NCBI GenBank assembly: GCA_963674785.1
Contig: OY771555.1
Coordinates: forward strand, 384,001 to 448,000
Direction of reading: 5' to 3'
Source of the DNA: Caldisericia bacterium
Lineage (GTDB): Bacteria; Caldisericota; Caldisericia; JAAYUI01
DNA: 64,000 nucleotides
Shown: positions 30,161 through 39,107 of the stretch, piece after piece
Numbering within the stretch: position 1 is the stretch's first letter
Layout of the letters: each line of letters opens with the position of its first letter
Made by a program: the position numbers and the translations under genes
The notes under the pieces: model-generated
Told to the model about the DNA's origin: nothing
Database searches by the model: none
What the model saw: only the letters and a program-made list of their open reading frames with translations

Positions 30161-31984
30161 ATGAAAAAATGTGCTTCCTGTGGAAAAATCATTAAAGGGG
30201 AGGCTGGGGAGAAGTATTGCCGCAACTGTGTGGATGAGAATGGGAATCTCAAGTCGTACGAACAGGTATCGGAAAATCTTGCAAAATACCTGAGGGACAC
30301 ACAGGGGTTGGATGCCCGGGCATCCATCAATGCTGCAAAAGCTATTGTTTCAAGCCAACCGGTCTGGGAGAAGAAACAGGGAGTATATTTTGAAGGGGAC
30401 ATGAAGAGGAGCAGGAGGTTAGTTGTCTCTCTTATCGTTATTATCGCGCTTATTCTGGCTGGGATTGGGATAAACTTTTATGAAAATTTTTTGGGGAATA
30501 AGGAGTTACCACTTTTATCTGGGGGTGAATCGCAAAAGGTGAACACAAGGAATGTTGGGGACGTTCGTGTAAAAGAGCTCATGTTGCCTGGGTCACAAAA
30601 CTGCCCCAAGCAACTTTACGAGCATGACCAAAATATTATTTGTTTTACATCACCGCGATTCAGTAAAAGTGGTAACTGGCTTAAAAAAACCGATCTTTAC
30701 GGGTTTAACACACACAACAATCATGGTTTCAAATTGACTTTTGATATCAAACAATTTACAAAAGTTGCATCATCATATTTCCCTGAAAGTGTTGATACAA
30801 CAATGAGTTCGACACATTTCACAAGAGACGGGATGTGGATTACAACAACAAGAAACACCGATAAAAACGGTGACAAATGGGGCATCAAAGCCGTAACAGC
30901 AAGCATTGATGTGAAGCATTTTTATCCAGAACTCTTCCCAACCGCTGACACCACAAAAGAGCTTGGTTTTTACAGACACTACAACAACTTCATAAAGAAG
31001 GAAGCAAACTGGTTAAACCTTTACTTCCTGGAAAAAAGGCAAAACATTCACTACCCGATTTTGCTTGATGGTTATATCACCTGGTTTGAAAATGATGATT
31101 CTGAATACGGATTCCCAAACATCAAAAGAATTGTTTTATACAACCTCCATACTGAGAGAGAAATCACTGTAACAGAGACGGTTTTTAATGATTATTACAA
31201 GCTGAATGACAGGTTTATTGTCTGGCTTGATAACCGCAAGATAAACGCCCCCGCACCATCTATATATTGTTATGACATAAAAAGTGGTGAAGAGTTTGTG
31301 GTTTATGAAAATGTTCACTCTCAATATTTCACTTTCAATGATTCATACATAATCTTTTCTAAGGATGACAATACCAACTTGCACTTAGTCTATGATCTGA
31401 ACAATCGAAAACTCACAAACAAACACCTCACAAAAAATATCTATCAAGAACCAAGAATGTCTGACAACAACAATGATTATGATTATAAACCCGAAAATCT
31501 CAGAACATCAAGAATCAAGATGTCAAAAGGTTCAGAAAACAAAGATTCATTCATCGCATACAGCGAAATCGAAGGTGAAGAAGAATCGTACGAGGGTTTT
31601 AAAGGGAGGAAGTTAAAAGTTTTTGTCGAAAACATCTCAAAAGATAATGAGGTTTACGAAGTATATGGAGATGATGAAAGTATTTCTGTCCAGGTTCCCC
31701 TTAAAATCACAGATGACTTCGTCATATGGCAGAGTCTTAACTATGAAACCTACACCAACAACCTCTGGATAGGAAGAATCTCTGACGGACAACACGATGG
31801 AATAATAGAATCTGTCCTTATTGACACATCAGCTTTTGAGGAAAACACATTCCCACACTTGAATTTTGGGGATGTTGAGGTAACCGAAAAAAAGGTCTTT
31901 TGGACAAAAACCGATACGAATTCAAATATCTGCTGGGCAGTATTATCAAACATATTTAAGGTGGGAAATAATGAAAAAATGTGA
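30161..31984 (+). CDS. Zn-ribbon/TM/extracellular-domain protein paralog 2
   Basis: CASC...CRNC; TM; IVWLDNR/IYCYDI TolB-like repeats; C-terminal SNICWA.LS.IF. Confidence 0.85.
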   Translation: MKKCASCGKIIKGEAGEKYCRNCVDENGNLKSYEQVSENLAKYLRDTQGLDARASINAAKAIVSSQPVWEKKQGVYFEGDMKRSRRLVVSLIVIIALILAGIGINFYENFLGNKELPLLSGGESQKVNTRNVGDVRVKELMLPGSQNCPKQLYEHDQNIICFTSPRFSKSGNWLKKTDLYGFNTHNNHGFKLTFDIKQFTKVASSYFPESVDTTMSSTHFTRDGMWITTTRNTDKNGDKWGIKAVTASIDVKHFYPELFPTADTTKELGFYRHYNNFIKKEANWLNLYFLEKRQNIHYPILLDGYITWFENDDSEYGFPNIKRIVLYNLHTEREITVTETVFNDYYKLNDRFIVWLDNRKINAPAPSIYCYDIKSGEEFVVYENVHSQYFTFNDSYIIFSKDDNTNLHLVYDLNNRKLTNKHLTKNIYQEPRMSDNNNDYDYKPENLRTSRIKMSKGSENKDSFIAYSEIEGEEESYEGFKGRKLKVFVENISKDNEVYEVYGDDESISVQVPLKITDDFVIWQSLNYETYTNNLWIGRISDGQHDGIIESVLIDTSAFEENTFPHLNFGDVEVTEKKVFWTKTDTNSNICWAVLSNIFKVGNNEKM

Positions 31985-33722
31985 TTCTTGTGGAAGAATA
32001 TTGAAGGAAGAAGAGGGGAAAGGGAGTTTCTGCAAAAATTGTGTGGAGGAGAATGGGAATCTCAGATCATATGATGAAGTATCAGATAGTCTTGCGAAGT
32101 ATCTGAGAGATACGCAGGGACTGGATGAGAAGGCATCCATTAATGCTGCAAAAGCAATTGTTTCCAGTCAACCGGTCTGGGAGAAGAAACAGGGAGTTTA
32201 TTTTGAAGGGGATATGAAAAGAAAAAAGAATTTAGTAATTACTTTAATAGTGGTCATTGCATTGATTCTAACAGGGGTTGGGATTGAGATATTTGTTTTA
32301 GATAAACCTGAGGAAGAAGTGACAGAATCAAAACTTTTTGATGATAAAGAAAAAAACTACGTCATCACACATGAAATCGATGGTCACAAAACATATGAAC
32401 TTGATCTACCTGGCTATCAGACAAATCCAACGGTTATAGTTCCAACAAAAGAAGAACTAAAAAGTAAGTACGACGCTTTCATCTTTGCATCAGAAGAAGA
32501 CACAAATAAAAATGGTGATGAAGTCTATGATCTTTGCAGATACAAAATTGCCAAAGATGGCTCAAAAGAATATGGAATATTGTTAGATACGGAGAAATTG
32601 GTATCAGATACAATAGAAAAAAACGGAATTTTTGTATTTCTTAAAACCGTAAAATTCGATGAAAGTGTTCGTTCGATCAATGGATTGTTCAATAATAAGA
32701 AAAACAATAGCGATTCATTACCTTTCAAATGGGAACCAATTTCCAAACCTTATCACCCACAATTTTCGATTCTTGAAGAACATATGGACGAAAAATCATA
32801 TTTTCAGGTAAATGAAAAATATATAATATGGTGTGAATTTGACAGCAAAACATCTAGTCAAAGTCTATACCTAAGGAATTTTGATACGCTTCGAACAATT
32901 GAGATTTCTAGAACTGTTGCACCGTATACAAGACCATTACTCCTTTCGAACTATGTTGTATGGGAAGACAACAGGAATATAGAAGAAAAAAACTGTTCGA
33001 TTTTCGGGTACAACATTAGCAACTCATCAGAAAATATCCTTTTCCACAGCAATGAATCCATTGGCTTATATTCATCAAAAAATGAAAATTACTTCATCTT
33101 TACCACTTACAACAAAAAAGATGATTCACTCTCGGCAATGGATTACACGCTTAATGTTTATGATCTAAAAAAAATGAAGGTGGAACACATAATTCACGAT
33201 GATTTTTGGTTTGGATCCAGCTATCTAAATAGCTACACTTATTCCTTTCCAGCATTCTTTATTTCGGATGATCTAGAAAATCCAATAATTACGTGGGGAA
33301 TTCGGAAGGATTTTTCTGAAGAATCGGAAGATATCAATTCATCAGACAAAGATTACGGTATAGCATACTTCAGAATAGGAGTTGATAAAAAACCCAACTA
33401 CATAAAAACTGAGGACGACGAGTTTTATAATGTTTATCCAATTGGAAACACTAAAGATTATGTTTTGGTCAATGGAATCAATAAATTATGGATCGTTAAA
33501 ATATCAGAAAGCGGCTTGGAACACAAAATTAAAGAATTAGTCGAATGGAATGACCACATTTTCTTTCCAAATATCTCGAAAATTGATGGAGATTTTATAT
33601 TTTGGTTATCACCCAAAATTGAAAACGTACTATCAAATGAAGATGATGGGATCTTAAAAAGTTCAGTTACAGGCTCAAACATCTGCTGGGCAAGATTATC
33701 TGAAATCTTCCCAGAGGAATAA
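31971..33722 (+). CDS. Zn-ribbon/TM/extracellular-domain protein paralog 3
   Basis: CDSC...CKNC; TM; VVWEDNR/IFGYNI; C-terminal GSNICWARLSEIFPE. Confidence 0.85.
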   Translation: MKKCDSCGRILKEEEGKGSFCKNCVEENGNLRSYDEVSDSLAKYLRDTQGLDEKASINAAKAIVSSQPVWEKKQGVYFEGDMKRKKNLVITLIVVIALILTGVGIEIFVLDKPEEEVTESKLFDDKEKNYVITHEIDGHKTYELDLPGYQTNPTVIVPTKEELKSKYDAFIFASEEDTNKNGDEVYDLCRYKIAKDGSKEYGILLDTEKLVSDTIEKNGIFVFLKTVKFDESVRSINGLFNNKKNNSDSLPFKWEPISKPYHPQFSILEEHMDEKSYFQVNEKYIIWCEFDSKTSSQSLYLRNFDTLRTIEISRTVAPYTRPLLLSNYVVWEDNRNIEEKNCSIFGYNISNSSENILFHSNESIGLYSSKNENYFIFTTYNKKDDSLSAMDYTLNVYDLKKMKVEHIIHDDFWFGSSYLNSYTYSFPAFFISDDLENPIITWGIRKDFSEESEDINSSDKDYGIAYFRIGVDKKPNYIKTEDDEFYNVYPIGNTKDYVLVNGINKLWIVKISESGLEHKIKELVEWNDHIFFPNISKIDGDFIFWLSPKIENVLSNEDDGILKSSVTGSNICWARLSEIFPEE

Positions 33723-33767
33723 GTGGCTTCCTGAGGATGATGAGAAAACCTTTTTTTGTATAAAATA

Positions 33768-33828
33768 AAACTCCCCACCCCTGACCTTTTCTCCTAGGAA
33801 GGGGAGCGGTCAGAGAAGCGGGGAGTTT
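33768..33828. terminator. Long bulged hairpin between convergent operons
   Basis: aaactcccc/ggggagttt outer stem, ctgacc/ggtcag inner stem; A-tracts on both flanks. Confidence 0.65.
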
Positions 33829-33855
33829 GCGAAAAAAAAGTGTACAATAAGAAAG

Positions 33856-34968
33856 CTATTCGAATTTCAACTGCTGATAACCACCAAAGTAAGCTTCAGA
33901 AAGCTGATCATAAGAAGTTCCACCAAGTAGCTTTATTATTATCTCATCAAATTTCGTGGCAGGGTCTACATCTGCAAACTGCTCAGGGTAAAGGATTGAA
34001 CCAATAAAATAAGCATCAGCAATTGCCACGCCTATGTTTGTGTAATAATAATTATACGGCATGTGCATATACACATTCCCATTTTTAAACGCCTTTAAGG
34101 CATTATAAAACTCTGGATTTTCCGAATAATCTTCTTTTGCAAGCGAGAGACCACCACCATCAATGAAGATATAATCAGGGTTCATCTCAAGGATTTTTTC
34201 TTTATCGAGCATTATGTATTTTGCAATACCAATCTCCGAAACTGCATTCCTTGCACCGATTGCATTAAAAATTGAAAAATCACCGTCTGTGCTTTCAATA
34301 CCATGTGCTCCACGTGAACTCATGCAACCCATATATGCAAGGGGTTTTTCCTCCTTACTGATACCCACAGTGCGTGAAGAAAGGTCAGACTCCATCTCAG
34401 AAAAGAAATTAATCACTTCGGATGCGCGTTCCTCATTGTGTGTAACTTTTCCAATAAGTTCAATCGATTTGTCAATGGCTGGATCAAACATCTCTATCTC
34501 GCCATAGCTTAATGCAACTACAGGGATTCCAGTTTTCTGCTCGAGTTCATCGACTGCTGATATGTCAGAGTTGTACATCGAAAAAATCACATCTGGATTT
34601 GCAACCAAGAGCTTTTCGGCATCTGGTGTGTTGTTTGGACCACCTGGGCCAATTGAACTTAAAGATTCGAAGCTTTCATTGATAATCCTGTATGGTCGGC
34701 CTGTTTCGTGATTCAATTCCAAATCTTCGATACCCACAAGATTTGATACGTCTGCTGTGTAACAATACAATCTCAGGCATCCTGGCCCAATTGCTACAAA
34801 CTTCTCTGGATTTGCAGGTACTGTTACATCTCTTCCAAGGAGGTCAGTCACAACATAATCGGTTTTTTGGTCATTTGAGGCAGGATCTATCTTTCCCTGT
34901 CCGCAACCAGCAAAAATTGGTAATAATAAAACAACGGCAAGCACAAACACAAAAATCTTTTTTTTCAT
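33856..34968 (-). CDS. Iron-chelate/cobalamin-type ABC substrate-binding lipoprotein
   Basis: Lipobox FAGC; VTDLLGRDVTVP, EKLLVANPDVI, LKAFKNGNVY. Confidence 0.9.
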   Translation of the reverse strand: MKKKIFVFVLAVVLLLPIFAGCGQGKIDPASNDQKTDYVVTDLLGRDVTVPANPEKFVAIGPGCLRLYCYTADVSNLVGIEDLELNHETGRPYRIINESFESLSSIGPGGPNNTPDAEKLLVANPDVIFSMYNSDISAVDELEQKTGIPVVALSYGEIEMFDPAIDKSIELIGKVTHNEERASEVINFFSEMESDLSSRTVGISKEEKPLAYMGCMSSRGAHGIESTDGDFSIFNAIGARNAVSEIGIAKYIMLDKEKILEMNPDYIFIDGGGLSLAKEDYSENPEFYNALKAFKNGNVYMHMPYNYYYTNIGVAIADAYFIGSILYPEQFADVDPATKFDEIIIKLLGGTSYDQLSEAYFGGYQQLKFE

Positions 34969-35026
34969 AGGTTTTCATCCTCCTGATATATAAGTTTTTT
35001 TGGTCACACAAAGTATGCCTTTTCCA

Positions 35027-35782
35027 TTAGTTAATCGGTATCACAACCGGAGTTCCGCCATAGTTTTCTACGACAACATCAATTCCATATACATCTCCGA
35101 TGTTTTCTGCTGTCAAAACGTTTCTTTCACCTGCAGCAAAGATTTTTCCATCTTTCATCATGATGAATTTGTCGGCAAAACGCATCGCAAGATTCAGGTC
35201 ATGCATAGTAACTACTGCTGAAATATTGTTTTCTGAAACAATATCTCTGATGAGTCTGATAACCTCATATTGATTTTTCAGATCAAGGTTGCTTGTTGGT
35301 TCATCAAACAACAAAACATCAGATTGCTGGGCAAGCGCTCTTGCAATTGCTATCTTTTGTGTTTCTCCACCAGAAAGATGTGTCACCATACGCATGGCAT
35401 ATTTTGAAAGTGAGAGCCTATCCATGATGTCTTGCACAAGTTTCAGATCATTATCTGTCACATCCCACTTTATGTATGGTTTTCGTCCCAAAAGAATGGC
35501 ATCAAAAACTGTTGTTTCTGAGAATTGACTGGTTTGAGCAACATAACCAATCTTCTGTGCAAGAGTATTTGAATCCATTGTTTGAATGTTATCTCGATTG
35601 ACAAGAACATCGCCCGATTTTGACCTCAGTATTCTATTTAAACACTTGAGCAGTGTTGATTTTCCAACACCATTTGTCCCAAGGATTGCGACACACTCAT
35701 TCCTTTTTACAGAAAAAGTCACATCATTTAAAACATCATTGCTGGGATACTGAAAACAAAGGTTTTTGACTTCAAGATTCAT
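35027..35782 (-). CDS. ABC transporter ATP-binding protein (FepC/BtuD-like)
   Basis: GTNGVGKST, LSGGETQ, FDEPTSNLD, MHDLNLA. Confidence 0.95.
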   Translation of the reverse strand: MNLEVKNLCFQYPSNDVLNDVTFSVKRNECVAILGTNGVGKSTLLKCLNRILRSKSGDVLVNRDNIQTMDSNTLAQKIGYVAQTSQFSETTVFDAILLGRKPYIKWDVTDNDLKLVQDIMDRLSLSKYAMRMVTHLSGGETQKIAIARALAQQSDVLLFDEPTSNLDLKNQYEVIRLIRDIVSENNISAVVTMHDLNLAMRFADKFIMMKDGKIFAAGERNVLTAENIGDVYGIDVVVENYGGTPVVIPIN

Positions 35783-36852
35783 CAGACTGTTTTCCTTCCC
35801 TTAAGAAGCAAATACAAAAACATTGGGCCACCAAACAAGCTTGTCAAAGCACCAACCGGCAATACAACCGGAGATATAACGGTTCTTGCAAGTGTGTCAG
35901 CGATAAGAAGAATAGCAGAACCAGCAAGTGCCGATGTTGGAATCAAAAACCTATGATCCTCTCCAACAATTCGTTTCATTATCTGTGGGCCAATCAAACC
36001 AACAAAACCAATCATGCCAAGAAATGAAACCGATACAGATGTGATCAGTGCAGCCACAAGAAGACCCCAGAATCGAACTTTTTGGGTGTTTATTCCAAGA
36101 CCTTTTGCTGTCTCCTCACCATTTGCAAGTGCATTGTAGTTCCATCTCTGAAAGAAGAAATACACCATGCCCAAAACTACAATGATGGCTAAAATCAATA
36201 CCTCCATCCATGATACTCTACCGAGGTCACCAAATGTCCAGAATATCGCAGCAGCGATTTTTATGTCCGATGCAAAATATTGTAGTATTGTCGTACCAGC
36301 CATAAAAAGTGAGCCCAGAGCAACACCAGCCAGAACAATTGATTGCGGTGAAAAACCACGCATCTTTGCGAGTGCAAGTATGATTGCCATTGCACCCATA
36401 GCACAGGCAAAAGCACAAACAGTTACAAGGTATGGGTTGTTTATAGAAACAGCATCGCCTGCAGTATTTAGGATTGTTCCTGCACTAAGTCCAATAATTG
36501 CAAGGTTTGCACCAAATATGGCAGCGTTGCTGATTCCCAATGTTGAAGGGGATGCGAGTGGATTTTTTAATGTATCTTGCATTACGCAACCAGATATTGA
36601 AAGCCCAGCTCCAGCGATAAGTGCAGCAATAACTCGAGGCATCCTAATTCTCCAGATTGCAATTGTTGCCATCTCATCACCGTAACCCAGGATTGTTTTG
36701 AATACCTCAAGTGGATTTAGGTTTGCCGCACCCGCATTAACACATACCAGCATCATAACAAAGACAAACACAACCATAAGCAGGATGATTATCCACTTGC
36801 GTTTTATGTGTTTATGGTATGCCTTTACTCCGGCAGTCTGATCAGAACTCAT
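35782..36852 (-). CDS. FecCD-family ABC permease
   Basis: IRMPRV, KNPLASPSTLGIS, GMIGFVGLIGPQI, LPVGALTSLFGGP. Confidence 0.95.
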   Translation of the reverse strand: MSSDQTAGVKAYHKHIKRKWIIILLMVVFVFVMMLVCVNAGAANLNPLEVFKTILGYGDEMATIAIWRIRMPRVIAALIAGAGLSISGCVMQDTLKNPLASPSTLGISNAAIFGANLAIIGLSAGTILNTAGDAVSINNPYLVTVCAFACAMGAMAIILALAKMRGFSPQSIVLAGVALGSLFMAGTTILQYFASDIKIAAAIFWTFGDLGRVSWMEVLILAIIVVLGMVYFFFQRWNYNALANGEETAKGLGINTQKVRFWGLLVAALITSVSVSFLGMIGFVGLIGPQIMKRIVGEDHRFLIPTSALAGSAILLIADTLARTVISPVVLPVGALTSLFGGPMFLYLLLKGRKTV

Positions 36853-36858
36853 AAAAAG

Positions 36859-37392
36859 TTACCAGCCTCGATTATAATCTACGTAACAATCTATGCATAC
36901 TTTTTTGTCGTCCTGCAACCTGATCATGTGTTCTGGAGCCGACTCTCCACAGATTTCACAAATCACACTTGAAAAAAGTCGGGCATATTCGGGAAGCTCG
37001 AACTCTGGTTCTTTAATAAAAAATGCCTCTTCTGCTGGTGCTTCCAACAAATATTTCTGCCATTGCTCAAGCTCAATATCAGGATCTGACTTTGGTTTCA
37101 AAACAATACGTATCTTTTTACCACTATCACGACAGAAAAATGAAAATGCCATTTTTCCAGTGGGACGGTAAATTAAGTTTCCTTTTCCAATTGTGCAACC
37201 AGTTATAACCTGCACTGCATCAACACAACATGCATCGTTTTCTGTTACACAGACAATCTTTTCATCACTTGAGGGGGACATATCAATTCCGAGTCTTTCA
37301 ATAGCGATTTGTGCTGCCCTAAATCCGATCGCAAGTCCTGGACATTCATGACCATGAAAAGACACACACTTATCCCATAAATTCTTATCCAT
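36859..37392 (-). CDS. FmdE-family protein with C-terminal Zn finger
   Basis: FHGHECPGLAIG, CCVDAVQVITGCTIGKGNL, CEICGE...CIDC. Confidence 0.9.
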   Translation of the reverse strand: MDKNLWDKCVSFHGHECPGLAIGFRAAQIAIERLGIDMSPSSDEKIVCVTENDACCVDAVQVITGCTIGKGNLIYRPTGKMAFSFFCRDSGKKIRIVLKPKSDPDIELEQWQKYLLEAPAEEAFFIKEPEFELPEYARLFSSVICEICGESAPEHMIRLQDDKKVCIDCYVDYNRGW

Positions 37393-37415
37393 TTTTGTTC
37401 TCCTTGATTACACTG

Positions 37416-37913
37416 TTATGAAAATAATTCCAATGATTTTTCAGCAAAGCGTGTTCCAAACAATTCAAAGATTTCACGCTTTCCATCAAGATCATCTTTA
37501 AGTGCGATTGGCCCAAGATGGATAAAAGGTCGTCCACATCCAGCACCCGATGAATATGCAAGCATGCCGCGGACAAGGGCATGTTGAAGAGTTGTTAATA
37601 TGGCAACATCTGCACCACCGTGCATGCAGTTGGCTGTTGCAAAACATCCAGCCAGCTTTCCTTCGAGTTTGCAATCCCAGCATGTATCAAAGAATTTTTT
37701 GAGTTGCCAGCAGGTATTTGCAACATAACAAGGAGTACCAAAGATAACGGCTTTACTATCATTTACAAAGTCAAAATCAATGTTTCCGTCAGATTTTATA
37801 TTCATAAGTTTCACATCAATTGAGCTTTCCGTCTTAAGAAGCCCATCTTTGATGAAACCTGCCATTTTTTCTGTATTTCCAGTTTGACTAAAATAAAGAA
37901 TTGTTATTTTCAT
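37416..37913 (-). CDS. Flavodoxin family (WrbA-like) protein
   Basis: YFSQTGNTEKMA FMN loop; IFGTPCY; GKLAGCFAT. Confidence 0.9.
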   Translation of the reverse strand: MKITILYFSQTGNTEKMAGFIKDGLLKTESSIDVKLMNIKSDGNIDFDFVNDSKAVIFGTPCYVANTCWQLKKFFDTCWDCKLEGKLAGCFATANCMHGGADVAILTTLQHALVRGMLAYSSGAGCGRPFIHLGPIALKDDLDGKREIFELFGTRFAEKSLELFS

Positions 37914-38740
37914 ATCAACTTCCTTTCATCCATTCTCCAACCCATCGTGCAAATTGTTGTTTGAATTGTTTCTTCGATAATTCCATCTGCTGAGATTCCC
38001 ACTAGATAATCGACCAACATTTTTTCTGTCTCAGTATCAATCTCTTGATGAGACTTAAGTCTGTTTAGATACCATCCCTTTGCCTCTTCAATATTTTTTT
38101 TCATCTGCCAGACAGCTGGGTGATAAGACACAGTTGGCAATTTTCCCATTTGCCAGAGTATTGAGAATGCGTACATCATAGAACTATCAAGTTCATTACT
38201 TTTTGAATCTGAATCAGCCATACTTTTCAGTTTGTCAAAAACAGGGTCAATTCTAAAAACAGGTTTTATAAGGTAACAATATTTTGATGAGAGAGACAAC
38301 ATTTTTTCAAACGAAGAAGCATCAGAGATCGCCGGAGTCATATGGGCAAAAACAAGGTCAAATTTTGCATTTCCAATATCAAAATCGTTGAAATCAGCAT
38401 TAACAAAAGTCACATTTGAAATATCTTCTTTTTCTGTCAAGGAGTTTGCATACCCGAGCATCTTGGAAGATATGTCAACACCAAAAACTCTGCCAACTTT
38501 ATCTGCCAGAACAACCGAATAGATGCCCGTGCCACACCCAATATCAAGCACAGACATGCTCTCATCCCAATCAATATCATTTTGCAATTTACCTAAAAAT
38601 GGATCACTTTTCCAATCCGGCAGTGAAATCTCCTTGAAATAGCGGTCAGCCATGCTGTCCCACGACGCCAACTGCGCCTTCTTGTCAGTGAATTTGTTAT
38701 TCCATGAATCTCTTATTTGCAATAAACTCACAATAATCAC
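37910..38740 (-). CDS. Class I SAM-dependent methyltransferase
   Basis: VLDIGCGTG, GVDISSKML, FDLVFA. Confidence 0.9.
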   Translation of the reverse strand: MIIVSLLQIRDSWNNKFTDKKAQLASWDSMADRYFKEISLPDWKSDPFLGKLQNDIDWDESMSVLDIGCGTGIYSVVLADKVGRVFGVDISSKMLGYANSLTEKEDISNVTFVNADFNDFDIGNAKFDLVFAHMTPAISDASSFEKMLSLSSKYCYLIKPVFRIDPVFDKLKSMADSDSKSNELDSSMMYAFSILWQMGKLPTVSYHPAVWQMKKNIEEAKGWYLNRLKSHQEIDTETEKMLVDYLVGISADGIIEETIQTTICTMGWRMDERKLI

Positions 38741-39107
38741 CTCTGAAAAAGACGATAACGAATTCGGTTCAAGAATAAAATTAAATCTTATTAGATTTGA
38801 TATTTAATCTTATAGACAGGTAAATATGTATTCGATGAATTATAATAAACATAGAATCAAAGGTATTTATAACACAATATGAAAGCAAACACTCAAATTT
38901 GATTATTTAACTCAATATAAATATTTATTCAATACTTTGGATACGATCGTGTCTTATAATCAATCTGAAACTTGGAAATAGCACTGATTTTATGAATATT
39001 TACAGGAGAATATGGGTAATTATTCGAAATTCTCAACCATTCTTTGTGTTTATTTAGCTAAAAGGAATATGCGAATAAAAAACATCGGTAAATTTGTTCA
39101 GATAAAA

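Noticed and set aside
11254-33722. Diversity-generating retroelement acting on the paralog arrays
   Set aside because: No reverse transcriptase in the window; repeat mismatches are not adenine-specific and both copies are coding
38741-39107. Cobalamin riboswitch or Fur/NikR box upstream of the ABC operon
   Set aside because: Very AT-rich; no B12 box or convincing palindrome seen by eye
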